This document shows, piece by piece, positions 23,478 to 31,301 of a DNA stretch of 32,000 nucleotides (position 1 is its first letter; every line of letters begins with the position of its first letter). The position numbers and the translations under genes were made by a program. Source of the DNA: Bacteroidetes bacterium SW_9_63_38 (GTDB lineage Bacteria > Bacteroidota > Rhodothermia > Rhodothermales > Salinibacteraceae); the NCBI GenBank assembly GCA_003022435.1, contig PXUA01000019.1:283427-315426 (forward strand), given 5' to 3'. Under the pieces are notes generated by a model that did not search any database, was not told the DNA's origin, and worked only from the letters and a program-made list of their open reading frames with translations.

Positions 23478-24500
23478 TTATTTCAGGAACGTGGAGCGGG
23501 GTTTGAAGACACCGTCCCAGCGGCGCTTTTGGAGCCGCGCCACGGACGGATAGTCGGAGGCCGTGCCGAGGTAGGTGTCGTTCGAGGAGGGGTCCGGATA
23601 GAGCTTGAGGGTGTGCTCTGAGCCGTCACTCAGACGAAGGCGGACCTTGTGGCGCGGATTTTTCAGCTGGTTCGGGGAAGTATGTTCGGCAAACCCGGAA
23701 GCTCGCGGTGAGGCGAGGGTCGTGAGGACAGAGGTGACAGCGTCGGTCGAGAGCGTGTCCCCGTTCGAAAGCCAGGTAGGCGGGCCGGTGGAGGCGGTGT
23801 CCGACGCCACGGCGCGTTGGAGGCTGAACGTGGTGTCGGCCGCGGCACTGTCGCCGGCCGTTGTCAGGTAGATGCGTTGAACGTTGGACTGGGCCGCGCT
23901 CCAGATCGTTTTATTTCGCCAGTCCTCTACGTTCTTGCTCAGCATCGACTCCAGAGAGGCCTCCACGGAGTACACGTCGGGCTGATTCGGCCTCCGGACG
24001 TACGTGACGGAGGTGCCCTGTCGGCGCATCCGCTGCATGGGACTGGTCTTCCCACTGTTTTCCTTGTTTCGACTCTGGAATTCGGTGCGCCCGACGAGGA
24101 GGCTGCCCAGCGTCTCGTCGCCGCTGTCCAGCAGGGTGACGGTGGTGCCGGTCGAGTCGACGCCGTAGCGGGGGTGCTTGTCGGACTGGCGGGCCGCCAC
24201 GGCCTTCACCGAGATGGACGGCAGGGTATTGAGCAGACGTGTGACCGCAGAGGATTGGGCCGGATAAGCGGTTTTCGCCTCGTCCGAACCGACGGTCCAT
24301 CCGCTCTCCGTCTTCTGGAGACGGATCGTGGAGCCGTCGTTCCGAGCAATCCGGACGGCCTTCACCGCACTGGTATCTACGGTGAGAAGCTTGGTCCGGA
24401 AGGAGGCGCCCGACGATCCGCTCCAGCTCCAGGAAGAGGCGACGGCGAGCGCGAGGGTGCCGGCGAAAATGAGGGCCAGCGACTTGGTCGCGTTCGTCAT
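23478..24500 (-). CDS. DUF4340-domain protein (auxiliary component commonly found after GldG-like genes)
   Basis: N-terminal membrane anchor (LALIFAGTLALAVA) followed by repeated beta-rich modules (IRLQKTESGWTV ...). The position after a GldG-like gene is typical. ATG at 24500. Confidence 0.78.
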   Translation of the reverse strand: MTNATKSLALIFAGTLALAVASSWSWSGSSGASFRTKLLTVDTSAVKAVRIARNDGSTIRLQKTESGWTVGSDEAKTAYPAQSSAVTRLLNTLPSISVKAVAARQSDKHPRYGVDSTGTTVTLLDSGDETLGSLLVGRTEFQSRNKENSGKTSPMQRMRRQGTSVTYVRRPNQPDVYSVEASLESMLSKNVEDWRNKTIWSAAQSNVQRIYLTTAGDSAAADTTFSLQRAVASDTASTGPPTWLSNGDTLSTDAVTSVLTTLASPRASGFAEHTSPNQLKNPRHKVRLRLSDGSEHTLKLYPDPSSNDTYLGTASDYPSVARLQKRRWDGVFKPRSTFLK

Positions 24501-24510
24501 GGCAGTGGCG

Positions 24511-24558
24511 AGTGTGGAATGTGGAATGCGGAGTGTGGCGTACGGAGTGTGGAATGAG
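24511..24558. repeat. degenerate tandem repeat (GAGTGTGG / GTGGAAT units)
   Basis: aGTGTGGAATGTGGAATGCGGAGTGTGGCGTACGGAGTGTGGAATGAG. On the - strand it lies immediately upstream of the DUF4340 start codon. Confidence 0.65.
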
Positions 24559-24657
24559 TAGCATGGGGGGAGGCACGGAGTCGGCACGCATTGATCTCCC
24601 GATGTCCGAACCCGACCCCCAGAAATTACACGAAGAGCCGATTCCAGACTGACCCGA

Positions 24658-26244
24658 TCAGGCGGGCACGCCTTCGTCTTTCCAGCGCTGACGGCGGGTT
24701 CGGTTGCGGCGGTAGCGGACGAGGCCGTAGCCCACGACAATGAAGATCGGAAGCAGCACGTTGAGGTACTTCAGGATGGTTTTCGTCGTCGGCTTCAGTT
24801 GCATGAGCGGGCGACTCGTGACGCGCTGTGTGCGCAGGGCCATCAGGCCCGTGTCGTCGGCCAGGTAGTCGATGCTGTTGGCGACGAGGTTGATGTTGCC
24901 GCTCGGCAGGCGCTGCTTGCGGTCGCCGGAGCCGTTGACGAGGAAGTCGCCGTCTCCCACAACGACCATTTTCGTCTCCGCGCTTTCGGTGCGCTCGACC
25001 GAGAGCGAATCGTTGCCGGCAAAGGGGGACGAGAAGGTGCCTTCCAGCAGCCCGGCGATCGGATAGGAGGACCCCGAGAAGTCGCTGATCGTCCACTCTT
25101 GCTGGGGACTGATGCCCGTGGGCAGCGACGCGGTGGCCGACTGCGATGACGAGCGCGCCAGCACCGTCAGGTCGGCCGACGAGGTATCCACGTCCGTAGT
25201 GTCGAGCGAGGACACGAAGCGAAAGACGGCCTGATCGAGCCCACTGCTAATGGGGTGCGACGAGAAGGACGATATCTTCGGGATGTACGGATAGCGGACC
25301 CGGTTCACCGTGCTGAATCCGCCGCGCTGCTGTCGGATGCGGACGGCGGTCGCGCTGCGGTCGCGCACCAGATTGGGCTGGATGGGAAGGCCGTAGGTGT
25401 CGAGCAGCGGCTCCAGACCGGTCGTCTGCGTCTGAGCGCGGTTGGTGCGGGGCTGCGCCTGGGCGCGATTGAGGGCGAAGACGACGCGTCCGCCGCGCAT
25501 GACGTACTGGTCGACGGCGAGTGCCGTCTGCGACGAGAGCGTCTTTTCGGGCCGGGCGATGAGGAGCACGTCCACGTCCGACGGTACGCCCGCGGATTTG
25601 ACGCTGGACAGCTCTTTGATCTCATAGCGGTCCTTCAAGACATCTCGGAGCTGGGGAATCGCGTTGAGTTTCGGTTCGCCGTGGCCCTGCAGTACCCCGA
25701 GGACGGCTTTCGTCTCTTGCGTCAGCGAACGCAGGGTGTTCGCGATCGTGTATTCCAGGGCCGATTCAGGCTCCACAAGAGGAATGACCTTCCGGTCGCC
25801 CTGGTACTGGAACACAGCCCCCAGAAAGGCCCGCTTCTGGGTCATCTTGTTGCGTTTCCGTACGTCGATCGTGATTGGACGGACGCCGGCCTGACGGGCC
25901 TCCCGGGCGGTGTCGTCGTTCTCATCCGGGTTTACGAACGTGAACTCGACGTTTCCGTCTGCAGCGGCGCGGAATTCCTGGAGCAGGGCCCGGAATTCTT
26001 GCTTCGTCTGTCCGAAGCGCGAGGGCAGGTTGCCGGAGAAGTAGGCCGTCACCGTCACCGGGTCGTCCAGGTCGCGCGCAATCTCGTGGCTCGCGAGGGT
26101 GTATCGGTTGTTCTCGGTGAGGTCGGCCCGCCAGAGGAACTGGTTGGCCGTGACGGTGAGGGCTGCGAGGCTGCCCACGATGAGCAGCACCTGCAGAATC
26201 GCTTCGCGTCGGTTCGCCAGAAAGCCTGCGAAGGCGGTCGACAT
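24658..26244 (-). CDS. GldG-like ABC-transporter auxiliary component (ABC_transp_aux family)
   Basis: N-terminal TM segment followed by DLTENNRYTLASHE...VTVTAYFS, then a C-terminal TM segment (VLLPIFIVVGYGLV), which is the GldG architecture. ATG at 26244 is preferred over TTG at 26253. Confidence 0.85.
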   Translation of the reverse strand: MSTAFAGFLANRREAILQVLLIVGSLAALTVTANQFLWRADLTENNRYTLASHEIARDLDDPVTVTAYFSGNLPSRFGQTKQEFRALLQEFRAAADGNVEFTFVNPDENDDTAREARQAGVRPITIDVRKRNKMTQKRAFLGAVFQYQGDRKVIPLVEPESALEYTIANTLRSLTQETKAVLGVLQGHGEPKLNAIPQLRDVLKDRYEIKELSSVKSAGVPSDVDVLLIARPEKTLSSQTALAVDQYVMRGGRVVFALNRAQAQPRTNRAQTQTTGLEPLLDTYGLPIQPNLVRDRSATAVRIRQQRGGFSTVNRVRYPYIPKISSFSSHPISSGLDQAVFRFVSSLDTTDVDTSSADLTVLARSSSQSATASLPTGISPQQEWTISDFSGSSYPIAGLLEGTFSSPFAGNDSLSVERTESAETKMVVVGDGDFLVNGSGDRKQRLPSGNINLVANSIDYLADDTGLMALRTQRVTSRPLMQLKPTTKTILKYLNVLLPIFIVVGYGLVRYRRNRTRRQRWKDEGVPA

Positions 26245-26280
26245 GGGAGGCAAGCGAGGCTGGTGTGAAAGTTCAGTTTC

Positions 26281-26322
26281 GCGTTGCGCGTTATGCGTTC
26301 AGCGTTATGCGTTCAGCGTTGT
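26281..26322. repeat. exact-period heptad array GCGTTNN x6 (AACGC x6 on the - strand)
   Basis: GCGTTGC GCGTTAT GCGTTCA GCGTTAT GCGTTCA GCGTTGT, with unit starts at 26281, 26288, 26295, 26302, 26309 and 26316. It lies 36 nt upstream (sense orientation) of the gldG-like ATG. Confidence 0.8.
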
Positions 26323-26478
26323 GGGGTCGGTGTTGAGCGTCGGGCGTCGAGTGTTGGGAAGGAATCGGAGTGCTGGCGGGATCGGACAGGGGAGACGCGC
26401 TCAATCCAGGGAGACACTCAACAACGCCCAATCCTCGATTCCAATCCCCGACCCAAAATCACCCCAATCCAAAATCAA

Positions 26479-27204
26479 TTAGTGCCAGCTTCGGCTCTTC
26501 AGGGAGACTGTCGCGGCGAGACCGCCGAGGACGGTAAGCGTGCCCACATAGAGGACCGCGGCAGCGTCGATGACCCCGCGCGACATAGTCTGGAAGTGGC
26601 CCTGCAAGTCGAGGAAGCTCGTCACGTTGGCGAGGGGCTCCGGGAGGACCGACGTCATCTCGCCGAACAGTAGATGGAGAAAGACCGCAAAGAAGAGGGT
26701 CAGCAGGAAGGCCACAATCTGATTACTCGTGAGGCTCGAGGCAAAAAGGCCGAGGCTCACGTACACGGCGCTTACCAGGAGCAGTCCGATGTAGCCGCTG
26801 ATTGTGGCGCCGTGATCGATGGGGCCGAGTTGGGCGACCGTGGCGTAGTAGGAGAGCGTGAAGCCGAGGGCGATGGCCACGAGTCCCCAGGCGGCGAGCC
26901 ACTTGCCGACCACAATCTGCAGGTCGTTGATCGGCTTCGTGGCCAGGAGTTCGAGGGTGCCGCTGCGCCGCTCCTCGGCGACCATGCCCATCGTCACGGC
27001 GGGGATGAAGAAGAAGAGCGTCCAGAACGCCACCTGGAAGAAGGTGTTCAGGGACGCCTGGCCGACGAAGAAGAGGTCGCCCTGGCCGAAAAGCCAGGTG
27101 AATGTGCCGCTGATGCCGAGAAAAATGACGAGCAGCACGTAAGCGGTCAGCGAGTCAAAGAAGGCGTTGATCTCGCGCTTGCAGATCGTCCAAACGGCGT
27201 GCAT
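26479..27204 (-). CDS. ABC-2 type transporter permease (GldF-like)
   Basis: 241-aa polytopic membrane protein with six hydrophobic segments, between the ATPase gene and the GldG-like gene. Confidence 0.88.
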   Translation of the reverse strand: MHAVWTICKREINAFFDSLTAYVLLVIFLGISGTFTWLFGQGDLFFVGQASLNTFFQVAFWTLFFFIPAVTMGMVAEERRSGTLELLATKPINDLQIVVGKWLAAWGLVAIALGFTLSYYATVAQLGPIDHGATISGYIGLLLVSAVYVSLGLFASSLTSNQIVAFLLTLFFAVFLHLLFGEMTSVLPEPLANVTSFLDLQGHFQTMSRGVIDAAAVLYVGTLTVLGGLAATVSLKSRSWH

Positions 27205-27283
27205 GGGTTGCAGACGAACGATGGGGGACTGATGAGTGGCGAGTGAGGCGTGGCTGGAAGTCAGTGTCCTGAGCAGTCTGTGC

Positions 27284-27329
27284 GAGTCATGAGGGCACGA
27301 GTCATGAGGGCAAGGGTCATGGAGGGCAC
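27284..27329. repeat. 15-16 bp tandem repeat x3
   Basis: GAGTCATGAGGGCAC / GAGTCATGAGGGCAA / GGGTCATGGAGGGCAC, in the spacer between the ABC ATPase and permease genes. Confidence 0.75.
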
Positions 27330-27367
27330 AGAGGGAAGGTCTACGCGAGCCGTCCGGGAATTGTACG

Positions 27368-28324
27368 TCAGTCGCCAGGGGCTTCCGTCCCGGCAGGCGT
27401 GTCCGGGGTTTCCGTGAGTTCGCGGAAGACGTCTTCGAGGCTCGATTCGAGCGGCGTGAGCTCTGTAAGGACCCAGCCGCGGTCGGCGCAGAGGCGGAAG
27501 ACGTTGGCAGCGGGGTCGGTCTCGCCCGAGGCAGCCAGTTCGTAGTGGCCGTTGGTGCGCTGGACGGAGGCCACGCCGTCGAGGGTCTCGAACGCCTCGT
27601 TCACGTCGGCGTTGTCCGGCGCGTCGACCCGCACGCGCAGTCGCGTGCCGCCCATGAACTGCTCGCGCAGCTCTTCCGTCGGCCCGTCGGCCACGATGCG
27701 GCCCTGGTCGATAATGAGGATGCGGTCGCACGTCATCTCCACTTCCTTCAGGATGTGGGAGCTGAGCATGACCGTTTTTTCCTGGCCGATCTCCTTGATC
27801 AGCTCCCGGATCTCGACGATCTGGTTGGGATCGAGGCCGGTGGTGGGCTCGTCGAGGATGAGCACGGGCGGGTCGTGCAGGAGCGCCTGCGCGAGGCCGA
27901 CCCGCTGCTGAAAGCCCTTGGAGAGCTCCCCGATGCGCTTATGGCGCTCGGGGCCGAGGCCGCACACGTCCATCATCTTCTGAATGCGACCTCCGATGGC
28001 GCCCTCCGGCACCGACTGCAGATCGGCCGACAGGCGCAAGTAGTCCACGATCGGCATGTCAGTGTACAGCGGCGTGTTTTCGGGCAGGTACCCAATGCGC
28101 CGCCGCACCTCCTCGGGCTGGGTCCGGATGTCATAGCCGTCGAGCGTCGCGGTGCCGGCGGTCGGCTCCAGATAGCACGTAAGCATACGCATCGTCGTGC
28201 TCTTCCCGGCGCCGTTGGGGCCGAGAAAGCCCAGCACCTCGCCCGTATTCATCTCAAAGCTGATGTCGTCGACGGCCTTCTGGGTGCCATAGACCTTCGT
28301 GAGGTTCGACGCAGCAATGCCCAT
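27368..28324 (-). CDS. ABC transporter ATP-binding protein (GldA-like)
   Basis: Walker A GPNGAGKST, ABC signature LSKGFQQRV, Walker B VLILDEPTTGLD and H-loop SSHIL. ATG at 28324 (MGIAASNLTKVYG). Confidence 0.93.
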   Translation of the reverse strand: MGIAASNLTKVYGTQKAVDDISFEMNTGEVLGFLGPNGAGKSTTMRMLTCYLEPTAGTATLDGYDIRTQPEEVRRRIGYLPENTPLYTDMPIVDYLRLSADLQSVPEGAIGGRIQKMMDVCGLGPERHKRIGELSKGFQQRVGLAQALLHDPPVLILDEPTTGLDPNQIVEIRELIKEIGQEKTVMLSSHILKEVEMTCDRILIIDQGRIVADGPTEELREQFMGGTRLRVRVDAPDNADVNEAFETLDGVASVQRTNGHYELAASGETDPAANVFRLCADRGWVLTELTPLESSLEDVFRELTETPDTPAGTEAPGD

Positions 28325-28482
28325 GAGACGGTGCGATCGCGCGTGGAGTGCAGAGTACGTGTGACGAAGGGACATGGGCCCGTGGAGAGGGTAGGACCCA
28401 GATTTCAGGATCTAATAAACGATGGGCCCGGACTCATATTTTTGCGCCTTGACGGAGATGCTGTGAAAATAGATTCGAGCAT

Positions 28483-28750
28483 TGATGAATGGAGGCGTGG
28501 ATGTGTGGAGGCAGGACCGCTGTGTTCGAATCGTTTTCCCAGTGCCGCGCACAGGGCAATCGTATGTTGAAACGCGTTCGGAAAAGCCGGAGGCACTTTT
28601 GCCGTTCATCGGTCCATCTGCCTGAAATGAATGGACGCCTGGAGGCATGGAGGCAAGAATGCTGTGCGCTACCGCTGTACTCATCATAGAGCAAGATACA
28701 ATTGCACTGGTTCCGCGCAGAGCAGGATGCGATTGACGCAGGGCAATCGT
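28483..28750. repeat. dispersed direct repeats within a 670-bp non-coding island
   Basis: A 41-nt segment at 28483-28523 matches 28625-28665 at about 31/41 positions (ATGAATGGAsGCsTGGA..TGGAGGCA.GA..GCTGTG). CAGGGCAATCGTA occurs at both 28551-28563 and 28738-28750. A 7-bp-stem hairpin GGGAGGC-tcattt-GCCTCCC lies downstream of this interval at 28773-28792. Confidence 0.55.
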
Positions 28751-28993
28751 ACATTACAGCGTTGATTGGAGGCGGGAGGCTCATTTGCCTCCCGGGGATC
28801 CGATTCCCCCGAGAACGAGTGCGAGAATGAGGGAGAGGGAGTGTAGAAGAAGAGTAATCTCGTCCTGAGGAGTTCTTTTTGGGAGCTAAATTGAAGGGGC
28901 GATTGCCTTGAGGCACGGAGCTTCCGAGGATCCATTGGGGACGAATCCGAGTTTGATCATCCCGCTTTTTGTCCCTAAATGTCCAGTTCTGCG

Positions 28994-29233
28994 ATGCCAA
29001 CCTACGAGGCCATTTACGAGAATGGACACCTCGAATGGATCGGGGACGAGCCGACGCCGGGGCGTCATAGGGTACAGGTCCGCGTGCTCGATTCGGAGAC
29101 CAATACGCACGATCGGGACGAGGTGCGACGAGCGTTCGAAAAAGCGCGGGGCGCGTGGGGAACGAACAAGTCCCTCGACGAGGTGGAGGCTGAGATACAG
29201 GAGCTTCGGGATGAGTGGGATCGTTTGAATTGA
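28994..29233 (+). CDS. DUF104 / AF2212-like antitoxin (VapB-type partner of a PIN toxin)
   Basis: N-terminal YEAIYENGHLEWIGDEP...RVQVRVL matches the AIYENGVxKPL signature of the DUF104 family. It is followed 45 nt later by a PIN gene. The start could instead be at 28979. Confidence 0.72.
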   Translation: MPTYEAIYENGHLEWIGDEPTPGRHRVQVRVLDSETNTHDRDEVRRAFEKARGAWGTNKSLDEVEAEIQELRDEWDRLN

Positions 29234-29278
29234 AAGTGACGATTTCCTGATGGTATCCAGACGCGTGAGGTTCGGGGT

Positions 29279-29674
29279 ATGCATCTTTTCGACAGCAACA
29301 TTCTCATCTATCGGCTCAACGATGTCCTGCCGCCCACTGCTTCGAGGCGAGCAGAGAGACGAGCGGCGGAAGGTGCATTCGTTTCCGTCGTGACCCGTAT
29401 CGAGGTGCTTGGATATTCCCACCAAACGCCGGAACAACGGCAGCGTGCGTCTGACTTCCACGAGTTTTTCGATGAGCTTCCACTCCGAGAGCCCGTCGTT
29501 CATTCGGCGATTCAGGTCCGACAGCGTCGGTCGATTCGGCTCGGAGACGCGATTATCGCGGCGACGGCTCTGGTGCACGATTTATCACTCGTAACCCGAA
29601 ATACGGACGACTTTGCGTGGATTGACGACCTTTCTCTCATCAATCCGTTTGACCGTGGCAAGACCGATGAGTGA
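29279..29674 (+). CDS. vapC: PIN-domain ribonuclease toxin
   Basis: MHLFDSNILIY (first acidic residue), TRIEVL, LGDAIIAATAL and LVTRNTDDF together give the classic VapC motif set. Confidence 0.88.
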   Translation: MHLFDSNILIYRLNDVLPPTASRRAERRAAEGAFVSVVTRIEVLGYSHQTPEQRQRASDFHEFFDELPLREPVVHSAIQVRQRRSIRLGDAIIAATALVHDLSLVTRNTDDFAWIDDLSLINPFDRGKTDE

Positions 29675-30350
29675 TTCGCCCCTGCCCGTCGTGGCCGATG
29701 ATCGGGAGGAGGGGAGCGGCGTGCCGGCGACGCTTGCGGGGCGGGACGGTGTGACCCTCACGGTGGATCGCCTCGATGTCGGCGATTATCTCGTGGACGG
29801 CCGGCTCCGCGTGGAGCGCAAGACGCTGCCGGACCTGGCACGGTCGACTGCCGACGGACGGCTGCTCCGGCAGGCGTCGCGGGTGGCCGCTGCTGCGATG
29901 CGGGCGGCGGTGGTGCTGGAGGGCACGACGCGCGATCTGACCCAGACCGACATGTCCCGAGCGGCCCTTCAGGGCGCCCTCATCACGCTCACGCTCAAGA
30001 TGGACCTCTCGCTTCTGCGGGCGAAGACGCCTTCGGAGACGGCGCGGCTCCTCTGCTACGCCGCCGGACAACTGCGGCGGACGCCGGACGGGGGAGCCCC
30101 GCACGCCTCCGGGGGAGCACGGCCGTCGGGCAAGGAACAGACGCAGTTGTACGTGCTGCAGGGGCTGCCCGGCGTGGGGCCGACGCGGGCCCGGCGACTG
30201 CTGGAGGCGCTTGGAAGTGTGGAGGCCGTGATGACGGCGTCGCCGGATGCGTTGAGGGCGGTGGACGGCATCGGTCCGAAGACCGCGGCGTCCGTGCGGT
30301 GGGCGGTCGAGGAGGCGACTGTGGACTATCGGCCCACGCTGTCGTCCTGA
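29667..30350 (+). CDS. short XPF/Mus81-type ERCC4 nuclease with C-terminal (HhH)2 domain
   Basis: ERCC4 catalytic signature VGDYLV...RVERKTLPDL (GDx(n)ERKx3D). The C-terminal tandem helix-hairpin-helix is LQGLPGVGPTRARRLLEALGSVEAVMTASPDALRAVDGIGPKTAA. The ATG at 29667 overlaps the vapC stop (ATGAGTGA, 8-nt overlap). Confidence 0.85.
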   Translation: MSDSPLPVVADDREEGSGVPATLAGRDGVTLTVDRLDVGDYLVDGRLRVERKTLPDLARSTADGRLLRQASRVAAAAMRAAVVLEGTTRDLTQTDMSRAALQGALITLTLKMDLSLLRAKTPSETARLLCYAAGQLRRTPDGGAPHASGGARPSGKEQTQLYVLQGLPGVGPTRARRLLEALGSVEAVMTASPDALRAVDGIGPKTAASVRWAVEEATVDYRPTLSS

Positions 30351-30432
30351 CCTATCTCTTGTTCGTGATGTCTGCATGGATCGGACGGATCGAGGCCTGG
30401 ATGATCGAGTTTTGATTTTGATAACAGCCTCA

Positions 30433-30457
30433 CGTGCAACGTTTTACGTTGAAACGC
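30433..30457. repeat. CGT array with 7-8 nt period (4 units)
   Basis: caCGTgcaaCGTtttaCGTtgaaaCGCc has CG at 30433, 30440, 30447 and 30455. It lies about 70 nt upstream of the HAD gene start. Confidence 0.5.
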
Positions 30458-30524
30458 CAGGAGGGCTTCTGTCTTACAGAAAAGGGACTCCCCTCGCTTC
30501 CCGAAATGCCCGGATGGGGTCCGC

Positions 30525-31217
30525 ATGATGTCTCTCGACGCCGCCGACTACGACGCGATCACGTTCGACTGCTACGGCACCCTCATCGACTGGAGACGCG
30601 GCATCACGCAGGTGCTGCGGCCCATCCTGGAGAATCACGATGTCTCGGTGGACGAGGACACGCTGTTCGAGCAGTATTTGGCCTTCGAGGCCGACGTGGA
30701 GGGCGGGGATTACGTGCCGTACCGCGAGGTGCTGCGGCGGGTGACGCGGCGGCTTGGGACCCACTTCGACTTCACGCCGACCAACGCCGACGCCGAGCGA
30801 CTAGCCGATTCGGTGTCCACTTGGCCGCCGTTTGCGGACACGAACGACGGGCTGCGCCGCTTGCAAGAGGACTTCCGGCTTGCCGTCGTGTCGAACGTGG
30901 ACGACGATTTGTTTGAAGAGACGGCCCGTCACTTTTCGGTGTCGTTCGACACGGTGGTGACCGGCGAGCAGGTGGGGCGTTCCAAGCCGGCCCTCGACCC
31001 GTTGGCGACGGCGTTCAGTCGGCTCGGCGCGCCGCCCAATCGTGTGCTCCACGTCGCGCAGAGCGTGTACCACGATCTCAATCCGGCCGGCCGCCTCGGC
31101 CTCGCCTGCGTGTGGGTCCGGCGCTACGACGGCCGCTTCACCGATGCCGAGCCCCGAACGGCCCCCGCGGCCACGGTCCCCGACCTCGCCACCCTCGCCG
31201 ACATGCTCCTCGTGTAG
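30525..31217 (+). CDS. HAD-superfamily hydrolase, haloacid dehalogenase type II-like
   Basis: Motif I ITFDCYGTLIDW (DxYGTLxD), motif II VVSNVD, and a motif III/IV region KPALDP...HVAQSVYHD. Confidence 0.9.
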   Translation: MMSLDAADYDAITFDCYGTLIDWRRGITQVLRPILENHDVSVDEDTLFEQYLAFEADVEGGDYVPYREVLRRVTRRLGTHFDFTPTNADAERLADSVSTWPPFADTNDGLRRLQEDFRLAVVSNVDDDLFEETARHFSVSFDTVVTGEQVGRSKPALDPLATAFSRLGAPPNRVLHVAQSVYHDLNPAGRLGLACVWVRRYDGRFTDAEPRTAPAATVPDLATLADMLLV

Positions 31218-31268
31218 TATTCCCACAGCGAGATCGGGTCAGTCCCCTTCTCCCCGAAAAAAGCGCCC

Positions 31269-31296
31269 AACGCAAAACGCAACAACGCACAAACGC
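31269..31296 (+). repeat. AACGC array with 7-8 nt period (4 units) directly upstream of a start codon
   Basis: ccAACGCaaAACGCaacAACGCacaAACGCaaatt-ATG, with AACGC at 31269, 31276, 31284 and 31292. The ATG is at 31302. Confidence 0.7.
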
Positions 31297-31301
31297 AAAT
31301 T

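Noticed and set aside
20230-28570. ORFs 20230-21213 -, 20694-21353 +, 22474-23457 +, 23817-24557 +, 25255-26268 + and 27545-28570 +.
   Set aside because: All lie inside confidently assigned - strand genes in other frames or on the other strand. None has motifs.
28489-28689. 66-aa ORF with internally repeated peptide (MEAWMCGGRTAV ... NGRLEAWRQECCAL) in the non-coding island.
   Set aside because: The peptide repeat simply mirrors the 41-nt DNA repeat. The region has atypical composition, and there is no start-site context or domain.
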